Positions 7,287-17,518 of a stretch of 32,000 nt of DNA are shown here, in pieces (position 1 is the stretch's first letter; each line of letters opens with the position of its first letter). The DNA lies in the NCBI RefSeq assembly GCF_000223395.1, contig NC_015931.1, positions 1,800,001-1,832,000 on the forward strand. The letters run 5' to 3'. The DNA comes from Pyrolobus fumarii 1A. GTDB lineage: Archaea > Thermoproteota > Thermoprotei_A > Sulfolobales > Pyrodictiaceae. The translations under genes were made by a program, and so were the position numbers. The notes below the pieces were generated by a model that had not been told where the DNA came from, made no database searches, and saw nothing but the letters and a program-made list of their open reading frames with translations.

Positions 7287-8636
7287 TCACCCTAGTAGGC
7301 TAGGATATCGCAGAGGCTCGCCTGGCCTCAGCACCGTCTCTCCAGGGTAGAACGCCTCGCCTCCAAGCTCCTCCTCGATTCTTAGAAGCTCATTGTACTT
7401 TGCTGTTCTCTCGCCACGAGCCGGAGCACCCGTCTTAATGAGGCCCGTGCCAAGCCCGACCGCCAGATGTGCTATAGTCGTGTCCTCTGTCTCGCCACTC
7501 CTGTGACTGATTATAGCCCTCATACCCGCACGATGAGCCATATTGACAACCTCTAGAGCCTCCGTCAGCGTACCTATCTGGTTAACCTTTACCAGCACTG
7601 CCGTCGTCGCACCAACCCTTATCCCTCTCTCAAGCCTCTCAGGGTTAGTAGTGTACAGGTCGTCGCCTACCACGAGAACCCCTCTCTTGGAAGCCTCCCT
7701 GGTGAACACAGCAAAGCCCTCGAAGTCCTCCTCATAGAGCGGATCCTCGACACTACGCACAGGGAACTCATCAAGAATCGATACCAGATACTCTATCATC
7801 TTCTCCCTATCAAGCTCCTTCCCATCAACTATGTACACGCCACGCTCCTCATTGTAGAACTGAGAAGCTGCAACATCAAGTGCATACACAACATCCACTC
7901 CTGGCTCATACCCCGCCCTCTTAGTAGCATCTACCAGCGCGCTCAAAGCCTCCCTATTCTCCCTCATCGGCGGCGCAAAACCACCCTCATCACCAACGTT
8001 AACCGCCATCTTACCATACTTCTCGATAAGGAGGCGCCGGAGAGCCTTGTAGACCTCAACAGCTATTCTCATGGCCTCGCGGAAGGAATCGGCACCCACC
8101 GGCACTATCATGAACTCCTGGAAGCTAAGCTCGTTGCCAGCATGCGCACCGCCATTTATAATGTTGAGGAGCGGGACTGGCATCACATAAGCGCCCGGCC
8201 CCCCTAGGTACCTGTAGAGCGGCAGCCCGGCAGTCGCAGCAGCAGCCTTAGCCACGGCTAACGACACAGCAACTATGCTATTGCCACCAAGTATCCTCTT
8301 CTCGTGTGTACCATCAAGCTTGCATAGGAGCGCGTCTATCTCACGTTGCTTCCTAGAGTCTAGGCCTATGAGAGCAGGCGCTATGACAGAATTTATCACA
8401 TTGACTGCACGCTCTACACCACGCCCTGCCCACGCCCTACCCTCATCCCTAAGCTCCACCGCCTCGTGCCTACCCCTGCTAGCCCCGGCTGGCGCAGCAG
8501 CCCGGCCAACACCGCCACCCTCAGTGACAACCTCCGCCTCTACTGTTGGATCGCCCCTCGAGTCTAGTATCATCCTACCACGCACATCAATGATACGGAA
8601 AGCCTCGTCGCTAAACACGCTCGCTGCCCCCCGCAC
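7287..8636 (-). CDS. eno: Enolase (phosphopyruvate hydratase)
   Basis: ILDSRGDPTVEAEV, GASRGRHEAVELRD, SHRSGETEDTTIAHLAVG and KTGAPARGERTAKYNELLRIEEEL. GTG start at 8636, with an alternative GTG at 8618. Confidence 0.95.
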   Translation of the reverse strand: MRGAASVFSDEAFRIIDVRGRMILDSRGDPTVEAEVVTEGGGVGRAAAPAGASRGRHEAVELRDEGRAWAGRGVERAVNVINSVIAPALIGLDSRKQREIDALLCKLDGTHEKRILGGNSIVAVSLAVAKAAAATAGLPLYRYLGGPGAYVMPVPLLNIINGGAHAGNELSFQEFMIVPVGADSFREAMRIAVEVYKALRRLLIEKYGKMAVNVGDEGGFAPPMRENREALSALVDATKRAGYEPGVDVVYALDVAASQFYNEERGVYIVDGKELDREKMIEYLVSILDEFPVRSVEDPLYEEDFEGFAVFTREASKRGVLVVGDDLYTTNPERLERGIRVGATTAVLVKVNQIGTLTEALEVVNMAHRAGMRAIISHRSGETEDTTIAHLAVGLGTGLIKTGAPARGERTAKYNELLRIEEELGGEAFYPGETVLRPGEPLRYPSLLG

Positions 8637-8693
8637 ACCCCGAAGCTACCCCGCTAAAACCCCGGATGCCAGTCAAGCTGAAGGGAAGATGCG

Positions 8694-9353
8694 TTGAGAA
8701 TTCTCGTGATAGGCGCAGGACAAGTTGGCTCGCACCTAGCACGGATACTCGCACTACATGACAACGACGTGATTGTCGTGGATAAGGATCCGGCGAAATG
8801 CCAGAATCTTAGAGAGTCTATAGAGGCCGACATACACGTCGTACAGGGAGACGCTACAGACCCGAGCCTCTATGAAGAGATAGACTTGTCAAGCATAGAT
8901 GTAGTGGTCGCTGCAACCGATCGCGACGAGGTTAATCTCTTCGTGGCAACGCTCGCAAGGGATTATGGCGTTAAGAGGATAATAGCGAGAGTGCGTAGCC
9001 CCCTAGTTGCAAAGCTCATGGAGAAGATAGGCGTCGAGTACGTGATAACAGAGCCCCTCGTGACAGCAAAGCTAATGGCGTCTATCATCGAGGGGAAGTA
9101 CACAGCAATAAACCTGGTGCCCGTGTTTACGGGCAACTATGTACTCGTGTCGTTATCGATATCAGAGACCGATACTAGCGTCGGCAAGAGCCTAGACGAG
9201 TTGGATTTGCCCCGCGAGTCTAGGATACTGGCCGTCTTCGATGGCGAGAATATGCTAGACCCTATGGAGGTGGAGCGTTTACACCCAAACTATGTTGTAA
9301 TTGCACTTGTACGTAGGGATGTGGTGCAGGAGTTTATCCAGGCGTTCCGTTAG
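8694..9353 (+). CDS. trkA: TrkA-type K+ transport NAD-binding regulatory protein (TrkA-N plus TrkA-C)
   Basis: RILVIGAGQVGSHLARIL Rossmann motif, VVVDKD, and a C-terminal TrkA-C-like segment (LVSLSISETDTSVGKSLDELDLP). TTG start. Confidence 0.8.
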   Translation: MRILVIGAGQVGSHLARILALHDNDVIVVDKDPAKCQNLRESIEADIHVVQGDATDPSLYEEIDLSSIDVVVAATDRDEVNLFVATLARDYGVKRIIARVRSPLVAKLMEKIGVEYVITEPLVTAKLMASIIEGKYTAINLVPVFTGNYVLVSLSISETDTSVGKSLDELDLPRESRILAVFDGENMLDPMEVERLHPNYVVIALVRRDVVQEFIQAFR

Positions 9354-9361
9354 CCCGCCAA

Positions 9362-10174
9362 GTGGTGAGCACTTTGCAGCTCCATACTGATGTGCTCCGC
9401 GTGTTTATAGCCCTGATACCTTTCGCCATAGCCGCCCTCATACTACACTTCATGAAGAGCAGGCTAGGGCGCCTCGTGGAGCGCAACATATTATCAAGGA
9501 CTTTATTGTCACGCTTGCATAGCCTTGCGGCTCTAGTCGCCTATTGTATAGCGGCGCTTATCGCACTCTACACTCTCACGGGCGCGCATGAGGCGCTGTA
9601 CGCGGCGATAGCGCTTGGATTAGCTAGCATAGCACCAGCTATACCGATACTCACCAACATCTATGCATACTACGTGATAATGACAGAGCATATTGTTGCA
9701 CCCGGCGAGATGATTATCCTCGAGAACGGTGTGAGAGGAACAGTACACTCCGTCTCACTGTTCTCAACCATATTGCGCACTGGACGCGGCGAGTACATCA
9801 CCATACCAAACAAGCTACTTCTAGAGCATATCGTGAGAAAGGAGCCCATGGATAGGAGCGTTGTCGAACTCGAGGTGAAACTGCATGGTATACGAGGCCG
9901 CGATGCAAGCGATACAACCGAGAGACTAGAAGCTGTGAGCAACACACTCAGACGCACGTTAAGCGAGTACCGCGCAGCAATAAGAGGTCTAGAGGCCAGC
10001 GTCGCGCTAGAGGCTCTGGAGGGTGACACAGCAGTCTACCGCGTGACCGTATACATGGTCGCGGCTAGCGCCAAGATGCTGGCCGGCCTCGTCTCCAGGA
10101 TTATAACGTCGCTCGCCGATTACAACCCGGATGTTCGTATAAGAAGCCTGGAGTGGCTGGCTTGTAGAAGGTGA
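9362..10174 (+). CDS. Small-conductance mechanosensitive channel (MscS family)
   Basis: Three N-terminal TM helices, then PGEMIILENGVRGTVHSVSLFSTILRTGRGEYITIPNKLLLEHIV, which is the MscS beta-domain signature. Confidence 0.75.
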   Translation: MVSTLQLHTDVLRVFIALIPFAIAALILHFMKSRLGRLVERNILSRTLLSRLHSLAALVAYCIAALIALYTLTGAHEALYAAIALGLASIAPAIPILTNIYAYYVIMTEHIVAPGEMIILENGVRGTVHSVSLFSTILRTGRGEYITIPNKLLLEHIVRKEPMDRSVVELEVKLHGIRGRDASDTTERLEAVSNTLRRTLSEYRAAIRGLEASVALEALEGDTAVYRVTVYMVAASAKMLAGLVSRIITSLADYNPDVRIRSLEWLACRR

Positions 10175-10476
10175 GCCCGCGCTTGCCGAGGAGGCAGCGC
10201 GACCCAACCATATGTCCTCGCTGCGGCTCCAAAGCCGAGCCCAAGAAGACGTGGCAGTTAGTCTCACCATTCCCGGACTCAAAGGGGAGGATAACCATCA
10301 CGATAATGGCCAGCTTTGAATGCCCTAACTGTGGCCACAAGTGGCGCGGCGCGCTCTCAAAACTGAAGGTTGGAGGAGATGAGATGGAAATAGGCGGTAA
10401 GAAGGTAAAGCACGAACAAGCTGCAGAGGAGAAGAGAGAAGGCCCAGTGTTCGAGATAGACATAGACGAGCTTTAA
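10171..10476 (+). CDS. Zinc-ribbon protein with an acidic tail (hypothetical)
   Basis: Two CxxC pairs (CPRC ... CPNC) spaced for a zinc ribbon. The GTG start overlaps the MscS stop (GTGA). Confidence 0.55.
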   Translation: MSPRLPRRQRDPTICPRCGSKAEPKKTWQLVSPFPDSKGRITITIMASFECPNCGHKWRGALSKLKVGGDEMEIGGKKVKHEQAAEEKREGPVFEIDIDEL

Positions 10477-11168
10477 CCCATTGTCAACACGTATGCTACG
10501 AGCGACACATAGGCACTAGTTAGGCCCATCGCCACAAGCCTCTCCCATATTGGCGCACCTCCCCACCCCCACACGCTCTTTTCGAAATACTCGCGAAGCC
10601 CGACGTAAACTGGGTAGTAGGCCACCGCTACCAATAGTGCCGCAAGAGCAGGGTTACCATGCATAGCCGCGACAAACGCGCCCAGCAGCATCATACTGGA
10701 CAGTATGAAGAACTCCCTCATCTCGCGCATCATGTGCGTTAATAGTAGACTTCTCCCTCTGATCATCAACTCCTCGTATACGGCCGCAACTGCTAGCAAC
10801 ATCGAGTTGAGCGTGGCGGATAACGCGCTTATGGAGTCTCCACGCAAGAGGGTTGAAACTAGCGAAGCAGAGAGGTATAGCATAGCGAAGCTGTAGAGTA
10901 CACCGGGGATCATCGCCCTTAGTCCAAGATACCCTCTACAAGCCGTAAAGAAGCTGGCCGCCACACCAGTCACGAACTGGACTGTCACTACAACAGGGAG
11001 ATACTCCGGTGGCGCGACATAAGCTAGACCATAGACACCACCCGGAATCGTAACTGCCACGAGAACGCCTAGAAGGCTGAGCCATGCGAGCAGCGTTGCA
11101 TCGCCGCACGTCCTTAGAAGGAGTGAGTGATATCTCACCCTGGCTTGTAGCCTCTTCCTTGGCTGCAC
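10473..11168 (-). CDS. CPBP-family (CAAX/Abi-type) intramembrane protease
   Basis: Polytopic membrane protein with AVYEELMIRG (EExxxR motif) and AFVAAMHGNP (FxxxH motif). The ORF track extends to 11348, but that would overlap the divergent signal peptidase gene. GTG at 11168 or 11138 are the likely starts. Confidence 0.6.
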   Translation of the reverse strand: MQPRKRLQARVRYHSLLLRTCGDATLLAWLSLLGVLVAVTIPGGVYGLAYVAPPEYLPVVVTVQFVTGVAASFFTACRGYLGLRAMIPGVLYSFAMLYLSASLVSTLLRGDSISALSATLNSMLLAVAAVYEELMIRGRSLLLTHMMREMREFFILSSMMLLGAFVAAMHGNPALAALLVAVAYYPVYVGLREYFEKSVWGWGGAPIWERLVAMGLTSAYVSLVAYVLTMG

Positions 11169-11241
11169 GGCTTTGACCCGCAGCGATAATCGCAGAGGTA
11201 GTGCCTCTGGGCGAACCGGCTCAGTGATACAGACCGCCATA

Positions 11242-11697
11242 ATGGAGATACTCGTGTCGATTCTCATAGCAGCCGTAGCAGCTCTCATCATCAAAACGGC
11301 GTGGAGTAGCATGGGTCTAACACTCGTCGTCGTTGAAGGGGCAAGCATGGAGCCCCTCTTTCACAGTGGGGATCTAGTTCTAGTGCAACACGTGCCGCCA
11401 CAAGATATCCACGTGGGCGACATTATCGTCTATCAGGGTTGTGGAGGCAAGCTAATCATACATCGTGTCTACCTCATTTGCAACAATGGAGGCACTTACT
11501 GTTATGTCACGTGGGGCGACAATAACCCAGCCCCAGACACGCCCAACATGATATGCAGTACATGCCTATGCACGTTAGACGGCATCTATCAGGCAGCCGT
11601 ACCCTACGAGAAGGTGGTTGGCAAGGTTGTAGAGGCAGGTGGGTTCATCTACAAGGTGCCCTATATAGGCGCCCTTGCCTCGCTACTAAGGAGCTAA
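11242..11697 (+). CDS. Signal peptidase I, archaeal/eukaryotic Sec11 type (S26B)
   Basis: N-terminal TM helix, GASMEPLFHSGDLVLV (Ser nucleophile box), then KLIIHRV (His box) and WGDNN. The ATG at 11242 (MEILVSIL) is preferred over 11173. Confidence 0.75.
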   Translation: MEILVSILIAAVAALIIKTAWSSMGLTLVVVEGASMEPLFHSGDLVLVQHVPPQDIHVGDIIVYQGCGGKLIIHRVYLICNNGGTYCYVTWGDNNPAPDTPNMICSTCLCTLDGIYQAAVPYEKVVGKVVEAGGFIYKVPYIGALASLLRS

Positions 11698-13716
11698 CCC
11701 AGTCTCAAGCAGGTACTTGGCAACATCACGTACCCACATGCCTGTCTCGCGTAGGGATGCTACACGCTCAAGATACTCCTCCCAGCCTATCCCTCCTAGA
11801 CGCCTCCTCCACTCAACAAATCCCCTCTTAAGCGCCTCTAACGCCTCAAGATGAAACCTGCAGAGTCTCCCATCAACACTCTCCCTTCCACATATAACAC
11901 ACGGCCTCTCAGCCTCGACCAAACGTAGACTCTTAGCCAACATGAGGCCAGCATCCCTCATAGCACGCTTCTTGTAGTCCTCTAGGAGCAGGCTAAGCAC
12001 ACGCTTAGCCTCCTCGACCACCTCAGCGCGTCTCCTGATTCCGCGTCTTATATCCTCCAGTAGCCTCTCAAACTCTCTCGTCATAGCCACGCTGGTCAGC
12101 TTTGGGAAGAACTTCTCAAGCACCTCGGCAACAGCGAATCCCAGGTCAGTGACTGTTACATAACCTCCGCTCAGCCGCAGATACCCACGGTCGAAGAGCG
12201 TCTCTACAATCCTTGCGCGCGTGGCTTCAGTACCAATCCCAACCTCCTCCATCCACCTTACTAGCTTCGCCTTTGTGTAGGCCTCCGGGGGCTCAGTGTA
12301 AACCGTCTCCACTACCACCCTCTCGACTCGGAGCCTCTCCCCCCGGGACACCCTCGGTATATCATCCTTTGGGCGAGAGAACGGGTAGTAGACATACCAC
12401 CCTTCTTCGAGGACACGTGTCCCCGACACGTTAACCCTAACTACGCCAAAGTCTAGTGTTGCAGTCACTCTCTCAACAACAGCCGGTTTGGAGAAAGCAG
12501 CCAAGAACCTACGCACTATGAGATCATAGATGCGCTCTTCTGCACGGTTTAACTTCCGCCTAGGAACAGCCCCCGTCGGGTGTATAGCAGGATGCGCTGG
12601 ATCCTCCTTGGGTCCCTGCACTGGCCTCAGCACACCACGCGTTTCGAGCAGCAGCCTCTTGACTAGCTGCGTGTAGGCCGGGATAGATGCTAAGCCTTCA
12701 AGTATGCCTCGGAAGTCTAGGGTGTGAGGCAACTTCTGGCTATTCGTTCTAGGGTAGCTTATGAGACCGTCGAGGTATAGCTGCTCGGCTATCTCCTGTG
12801 TAAAGGCCGGGCTGTACCCGTAGAGCCGAGCTGCCTCCATCTGGAGGTCGCTTAGGTTGAACGCTGGCGGGGGTTTCACATACTCACGTCTACCTGCAAC
12901 ACTAGAGACGAAAGCATAGCCACGCGCAGCTACCCTATCCGCTATACGCTTGGCCTCGATAAGCTTCTCACGCGAAGCTATAGTCAGCTTCAGCCTGCCC
13001 TCACGACCAGCAAGCCATACTTGCACGTTAAAGCGCGGATATGGGACGTGAAGCCTTCTCCTAGCCTCACGTTTAGCAGCCTCTACCAGCGTCGGCGACT
13101 GCACTCTACCCGCGCTCAGCACAACCTTTTTGCCGGTGACGAGCTTCACAGCCTCCATCAACGCCCTGCTGACGTTGATACCCCAGAGCCAGTCTAGCTC
13201 GTGACGAGCTAGACCCGCCTCTATCATCGGCCAGTCTAGCGGCTCCAGTCTGCGGAATGCACGGCGTATATCAGTTGGCGTCAGAGCAGAGAATTTCATG
13301 CGGTAGGCTCTCCGCACATCACCCAGGTTCCGTATGATCATGTACCCTATGACTGAGCCCTCTACGTCATAGTCACACGCGTTTATGTAGATGCTAGCGT
13401 CTCTACACAGGGTGGCTAGCAGCGCGAGGAACTTCCTAGCATGCTTGGCGCCCTCAGCCACGTCTAGGGGGACCCAACGGTATGTGAACACGGGAAACCC
13501 ACGCTCGTCGGTATAAAGGCCGTAGAGGTGGCCAGCAGCCGGCGCAACTACGAACAAGCGCCCATCAACTCTGAGCACCCAGTATGGTACGCCATATGCC
13601 GTACATCTCCTCGCATATCGGCCTCCAAGAGCCTCTGCAATCTTTGCAGCCGCTTTCGGCTTCTCAGCTATTATTAGTCCATAGCCTCGCGGCGGCCTGC
13701 AGCCACCAGCCACCAT
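11686..13716 (-). CDS. topA: Type IA DNA topoisomerase
   Basis: Toprim start LIIAEKPKAAAKIAEAL, DYDVEGS acidic cluster, catalytic Tyr motif GLISYPRTNSQKL, and a C-terminal zinc-ribbon-like CVICGRESVDGRLCRFH. Confidence 0.9.
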   Translation of the reverse strand: MVAGGCRPPRGYGLIIAEKPKAAAKIAEALGGRYARRCTAYGVPYWVLRVDGRLFVVAPAAGHLYGLYTDERGFPVFTYRWVPLDVAEGAKHARKFLALLATLCRDASIYINACDYDVEGSVIGYMIIRNLGDVRRAYRMKFSALTPTDIRRAFRRLEPLDWPMIEAGLARHELDWLWGINVSRALMEAVKLVTGKKVVLSAGRVQSPTLVEAAKREARRRLHVPYPRFNVQVWLAGREGRLKLTIASREKLIEAKRIADRVAARGYAFVSSVAGRREYVKPPPAFNLSDLQMEAARLYGYSPAFTQEIAEQLYLDGLISYPRTNSQKLPHTLDFRGILEGLASIPAYTQLVKRLLLETRGVLRPVQGPKEDPAHPAIHPTGAVPRRKLNRAEERIYDLIVRRFLAAFSKPAVVERVTATLDFGVVRVNVSGTRVLEEGWYVYYPFSRPKDDIPRVSRGERLRVERVVVETVYTEPPEAYTKAKLVRWMEEVGIGTEATRARIVETLFDRGYLRLSGGYVTVTDLGFAVAEVLEKFFPKLTSVAMTREFERLLEDIRRGIRRRAEVVEEAKRVLSLLLEDYKKRAMRDAGLMLAKSLRLVEAERPCVICGRESVDGRLCRFHLEALEALKRGFVEWRRRLGGIGWEEYLERVASLRETGMWVRDVAKYLLETGLAP

Positions 13717-13771
13717 CCTTACCCGATGATGCAGCTAGGACTCTGAACCCCTCATAGGGTTCCGGACACCT

Positions 13772-14896
13772 TCAAAGAGGCACTGGAAATGTAAGTATCA
13801 AAAGCACCACGTAGATGCCAGCGTATAACGCTGCCCTTCTAGGCGGCAATGGTTTTACTGGATTGAGTACGCCGGGATGGACACCCTTTCCTATCATGAC
13901 GTGAAGCGCGTAAGCAAGCATCGCGAAGATTGCTATGATGCTCAGCTGCGGATAGACCAGTGCAAGTATCAACGCGAGGACCGGCACTAGACTACTGGTT
14001 AGGTTGTGCACCTCAGCCCCGAACACCGCGTACACAATATGCCCGCCATCCAGCTGACCTATCGGCAACAAGTTGAGGAACGTGACTATGAATACGATGA
14101 AAGCCGCAAACGCCAGAGGATGCAGTACTATCACAGCTTCACCACTGCCACCATGGAACAACCCCAAAACGAGCAACAACACCAATGGTGCAAAACTGGC
14201 CTCAATACCCGCCTCTCGGACAGACTCTTTGAACAGGCTAGCAGGCAGAGAGGGAGACAACATACCACCTATCACAGCAACTACTAGACCCGCGAGAAAC
14301 CCGGCCAGGGGGCCTGCAACACCCACAAGACCCAGCCCACTACGGTCCCTAGGTATACCTCTCATACTGATAATCGCGCCAAATGTGCCGATGCCGCCGA
14401 GCCGTAAGGGCGGGGCAGGAATAAACATGGGAGCTGATACCGGAACACCGACACGCCTAGCAGCCAGAAAATGCCCGCTCTCGTGGATAGCGAGTGGGCC
14501 TAGGAGCCCAGCTAGGAACGACACAGCCAACAACATAGTGTTGTGCTCGGTTCCCGTTACCCCAGAGACTCTAGCAAAACCAGTAGCCACATCAAAACCT
14601 GCAAGGAGAACCGTGAGTATAGTCGCTAGCGTCAAAAGGAGAACATGCGCCTTTCCGAAACCCTTCCGGATGCGAAGGAAAACAACACCCAGTCCTTCGC
14701 TTAGAACGAAAAGTTTAGGCTGGTACCCAGCCTCCTCATACTCGTCTATAAGCGAATCAAAGCACTCTACCCACCCAAGCCTAGGGTAGACAAACGCGCT
14801 CCTACCGTCACAGTTGACTACCTCAAAACACTTAGTGAGCATACTACACAGACTGTTCTCTAGATCGTCACTTTGCATATGCTGCTGGGAGCTCAT
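13772..14896 (-). CDS. Site-2 protease family (M50) intramembrane metalloprotease
   Basis: [13 protein letters not shown] (HExxH) and [12 protein letters not shown] (NxxPxxxLDG) within a polytopic membrane protein. Confidence 0.85.
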   Translation of the reverse strand: MSSQQHMQSDDLENSLCSMLTKCFEVVNCDGRSAFVYPRLGWVECFDSLIDEYEEAGYQPKLFVLSEGLGVVFLRIRKGFGKAHVLLLTLATILTVLLAGFDVATGFARVSGVTGTEHNTMLLAVSFLAGLLGPLAIHESGHFLAARRVGVPVSAPMFIPAPPLRLGGIGTFGAIISMRGIPRDRSGLGLVGVAGPLAGFLAGLVVAVIGGMLSPSLPASLFKESVREAGIEASFAPLVLLLVLGLFHGGSGEAVIVLHPLAFAAFIVFIVTFLNLLPIGQLDGGHIVYAVFGAEVHNLTSSLVPVLALILALVYPQLSIIAIFAMLAYALHVMIGKGVHPGVLNPVKPLPPRRAALYAGIYVVLLILTFPVPL

Positions 14897-15209
14897 CGAG
14901 GAACAACCTCGTCCAGTATTTCTCTACCCTCTTCATACCTTCAAGTAGAACTTGCAGCGGAATAGCTTGGTACTCTCCCCTCCTCGTATACCTCAACACG
15001 GTTATAGGCAATACGCCCTCCGCGAGTTCAACTCGAGCCACGAGTACCGGATCCTCGCGTATACGTGGATGTAAGCGAGAAGTGTCTATCAGTGGAGGAG
15101 CACCAAGGCTCAACTGTAAGGCACGTGCGCCTATTATCCTGGCTCTCTCGAATCTAGTCAACCATGGCGGCCCAATTTTAACCTCGAAGCGCTTCTCAGC
15201 CTCGCTCAT
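14868..15209 (-). CDS. rpoK: DNA-directed RNA polymerase subunit K (Rpb6 homologue)
   Basis: [26 protein letters not shown] and [18 protein letters not shown]. The ATG at 15209 is preceded by GGGTGA. The 15311 start in the ORF track adds an implausible 34-aa extension. Confidence 0.85.
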   Translation of the reverse strand: MSEAEKRFEVKIGPPWLTRFERARIIGARALQLSLGAPPLIDTSRLHPRIREDPVLVARVELAEGVLPITVLRYTRRGEYQAIPLQVLLEGMKRVEKYWTRLFLDELPAAYAK

Positions 15210-15314
15210 ACCCGTCACCCTACACGCACTGTAAGTGCGAGGTAAGAGAGGGTGATAAGGAGAGTGGGGAGAAACAAACGAAAATAAACAAGCGCGAAAT
15301 AGACGAGACATGTC

Positions 15315-15319
15315 AAAAA
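15315..15319 (-). terminator. Oligo-T tract (TTTTT on the minus strand) about 28 nt downstream of the thermosome stop
   Basis: The plus strand reads GTCAAAAACT, between the thermosome stop (15347) and the rpoK promoter region. Confidence 0.35.
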
Positions 15320-15346
15320 CTATGGCTAATTGGGTTGGAAACGGGT

Positions 15347-17023
15347 TTACTCCTCCTCGCCTCCCTTACCCTTCTTCTTCTCCTTCTTTGTCGGAGCAGC
15401 GGCAATCACGTCGTCGATCTTTAGGATGGTTGTTGCTGCCTCGGTAGCGCTCTTGAGCACCTGCTCCTTGACGAGGATTGGCTCGATCACATTGATCTTT
15501 AGCATATCGTCCGCGATCCTAGCGTTGATGACGTCAATGCCTGCGAACTTCTTGCCCTCTGCGTGCAGCTTCCTGAGGTCCATTAGGGTCTGGAGAGCGT
15601 CCATGCCAGCGCTCTCAGCTAGGATCATTGGTATCTCTTCGAGGGCGTCGGCGTAGGCCTCGATGGCCAGCTGCTCCTTGCCACCAACCTTCCTGGCGTA
15701 CTCGCGTAGCTTCATCGCTAGCTCGACTTCTACCGCGCCGCCACCGGGCACAATCTTTGGCTTCCTCAGGACGTTTCTTAGCACGTGTAGCGCGTCTTGT
15801 AGGTTCCTCTCAGCCTCGTCTAGGAGCATGTCGTTGGCGCCGCGTAGCAGGATGGTGACTGCCTTCGGGTTCTTGCACCTCTCAATGAAGATCATCTTGT
15901 CGTTGCCGACCTTCCTCTCCTCGACTAGGCCTGCGAAGCCTAGGTCCTCCGGGCTTAGGTCGCGGACACTGCTCACAATCCTAGCGCCAGTGGCTCTCTC
16001 TAGCTTCTCGAGGTCACTCCTCTTTACCCTCCTGACGGCCATTATGCCCTTCTTGGCTAGGAAGTGCTGCGCAACCTCGTCAATACCCTTCTGCGTTATG
16101 ACTACGATGCCCGCGTTCTCGCCTAGCTTGAAGCCCTCCTGCTCAATCCTCTTCTTAGCAACCTCATAGATCCGGTCAACCATCTCCTTGAGGATCCTAG
16201 CCTCCTCCTCGAGGAACGCCTTGATCTGCTCGGGGCTCGTGATGTTGATCTTGGCGGTGATCTCTGGCTTCTCGACCTCTAGAGGAGCGTCTAGCAGCAC
16301 GATGAACGCGTTCTCGACACGCTTCGGCATGCCAGGGTGCACAACCTCCTTGTCTAGGACAATACCGTGGACTAGCCTGCTGTCTAGGAGGCTGCCACCC
16401 TTCTTCTTCTCGATCTTGATGTCGTCCAGCCTCACCTCATAGGTGCCATCCGGCTTCTTCTCAGCAACAGTCTTGACCGCCTTGACTGCCATCTCAAGTA
16501 GCTTTTCGGATGCCTCGCCAGTGCCGATGTACTTGCTCGAGATGCTGGTCCAAGCGACCTTCTTCAACTCGTTGTCATCCTCGACGTTGACAGGTACGCC
16601 CATCTTGTCTAGCTCCTGGAGTGCAAATGCTAGGGCCTTCTTGTAACCCTCGATGATCGTAGTCGGGTGTATGTTCTCCTCGAGGAGTGTCTCGGCGCGA
16701 TCTAGCAGTGTACCAGCGAGCACCACGGCACTGGTCGTACCGTCGCCTACCTCGGCGTCCTGAGCCTTAGCGACCTCCACTAGGAGCTTTGCAGCTGGGT
16801 GCTGAACCTCCATCTCCTTAAGGATCGTCGCGCCGTCGTTGGTGATCGTGACGTCACCAAAGCTATCAACTAGCATCTTGTCAAGGCCTCTTGGGCCGAG
16901 GCTGGTCCTTAGTATCTCTGCGATCACCTTGGCTGCTAGTATGTTGCTTCTTAGCGCCTCACGCCCGTAGGTCCTCTGGGTACCCTCCTTAAGCACGAGT
17001 ACCGGGATGCCATACAGGGCCAT
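15347..17023 (-). CDS. ths: Thermosome subunit (group II chaperonin)
   Basis: [67 protein letters not shown], and a Lys/Glu-rich tail. Confidence 0.97.
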   Translation of the reverse strand: MALYGIPVLVLKEGTQRTYGREALRSNILAAKVIAEILRTSLGPRGLDKMLVDSFGDVTITNDGATILKEMEVQHPAAKLLVEVAKAQDAEVGDGTTSAVVLAGTLLDRAETLLEENIHPTTIIEGYKKALAFALQELDKMGVPVNVEDDNELKKVAWTSISSKYIGTGEASEKLLEMAVKAVKTVAEKKPDGTYEVRLDDIKIEKKKGGSLLDSRLVHGIVLDKEVVHPGMPKRVENAFIVLLDAPLEVEKPEITAKINITSPEQIKAFLEEEARILKEMVDRIYEVAKKRIEQEGFKLGENAGIVVITQKGIDEVAQHFLAKKGIMAVRRVKRSDLEKLERATGARIVSSVRDLSPEDLGFAGLVEERKVGNDKMIFIERCKNPKAVTILLRGANDMLLDEAERNLQDALHVLRNVLRKPKIVPGGGAVEVELAMKLREYARKVGGKEQLAIEAYADALEEIPMILAESAGMDALQTLMDLRKLHAEGKKFAGIDVINARIADDMLKINVIEPILVKEQVLKSATEAATTILKIDDVIAAAPTKKEKKKGKGGEEE

Positions 17024-17068
17024 TTCTCGTCACCCTCCAAGCCTTCCACGTAGAGCTGTCAGCTCCAC

Positions 17069-17080
17069 TTCTATAAAAGC
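17069..17080. promoter_or_regulatory. Strong TATA box (TTCTATAAAAGC; TTTTATAG on the minus strand) in the thermosome/S17e divergent spacer
   Basis: The only AT-rich octamer in the 114-bp spacer. On the minus strand it lies 47 nt before the thermosome ATG, with GGAGGGTGA 5 nt before the ATG. On the plus strand it lies about 60 nt before the S17e GTG. Confidence 0.5.
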
Positions 17081-17137
17081 CTTACCACCGTAATGCTTTT
17101 CCTAGAGACGGGGCCCGCGCATCTTCGGGGTCACACC

Positions 17138-17341
17138 GTGGGCAAGGTATACACGAGCGTAGTGAAGAGGACTGCCAGGCGACTGCTACAGATGTACCCA
17201 GATCTGTTCACAACCGACTTTGAGCATAACAAGAAGGTGGTTTCCCAGCTGGTTGAGGTAGAGTCTAAGAAGCTCCGCAACCAGATTGCTGGCTACCTCA
17301 CCAGGCTCGTAAGGCTAAAGCAGAGGAGCGAGACAAGCTAA
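17138..17341 (+). CDS. rps17e: 30S ribosomal protein S17e
   Basis: [34 protein letters not shown]. The GTG at 17138 gives the conserved (M)GKV N-terminus, whereas the ATG at 17093 adds 15 non-conserved residues. Confidence 0.85.
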   Translation: MGKVYTSVVKRTARRLLQMYPDLFTTDFEHNKKVVSQLVEVESKKLRNQIAGYLTRLVRLKQRSETS

Positions 17342-17502
17342 CCGCACCAGTACCTAGCCTTACACCCCTTTACATCGATTGTTTATCCTGCTGCGGCTAG
17401 TGGCCTAGTCGCATCCCCGGCTTCTGTGTTCTTCCGAGGATGTGCCGGTGGACTCTGCACAGTATGAATCGCCTACCAAGCGTTTAAGCTCCCGCTGCTC
17501 CC

Positions 17503-17518
17503 GACGCCTATAGGCGTC
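17503..17518. repeat. Perfect 16-bp palindrome GACGCCTATAGGCGTC
   Basis: Read directly from the sequence. It is centred on TATA and lies 4 nt upstream of TTG 17523 and 13 nt upstream of GTG 17532. Confidence 0.9.

Noticed and set aside
6845-8697. Plus-strand ORFs of 152, 64 and 140 aa overlapping nth and eno.
   Set aside because: They are antisense to two confidently identified genes and have low-complexity S/T/P/A/R composition.
13723-13750. A C/D box-like ATGATGC ... CTGA motif in the topA/M50 spacer.
   Set aside because: There is only one box pair, 10 nt apart, with no terminal stem and no second C'/D' set. The element is too short for an sRNA.
14073-14789. A 238-aa plus-strand ORF antisense to the M50 protease gene.
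   Set aside because: It has a P/R/S/T-rich composition and no motifs. The opposite strand carries HExxH and NxxPxxxLDG within a coherent membrane protein.
15330-16646. A chain of plus-strand ORFs (108, 76, 168, 84 and 67 aa) antisense to the thermosome gene.
   Set aside because: Their products are S/L/A/R/P-rich low-complexity sequences, as expected from reading GAG/AAG/GCC-rich codons backwards. The minus-strand thermosome assignment is unambiguous.
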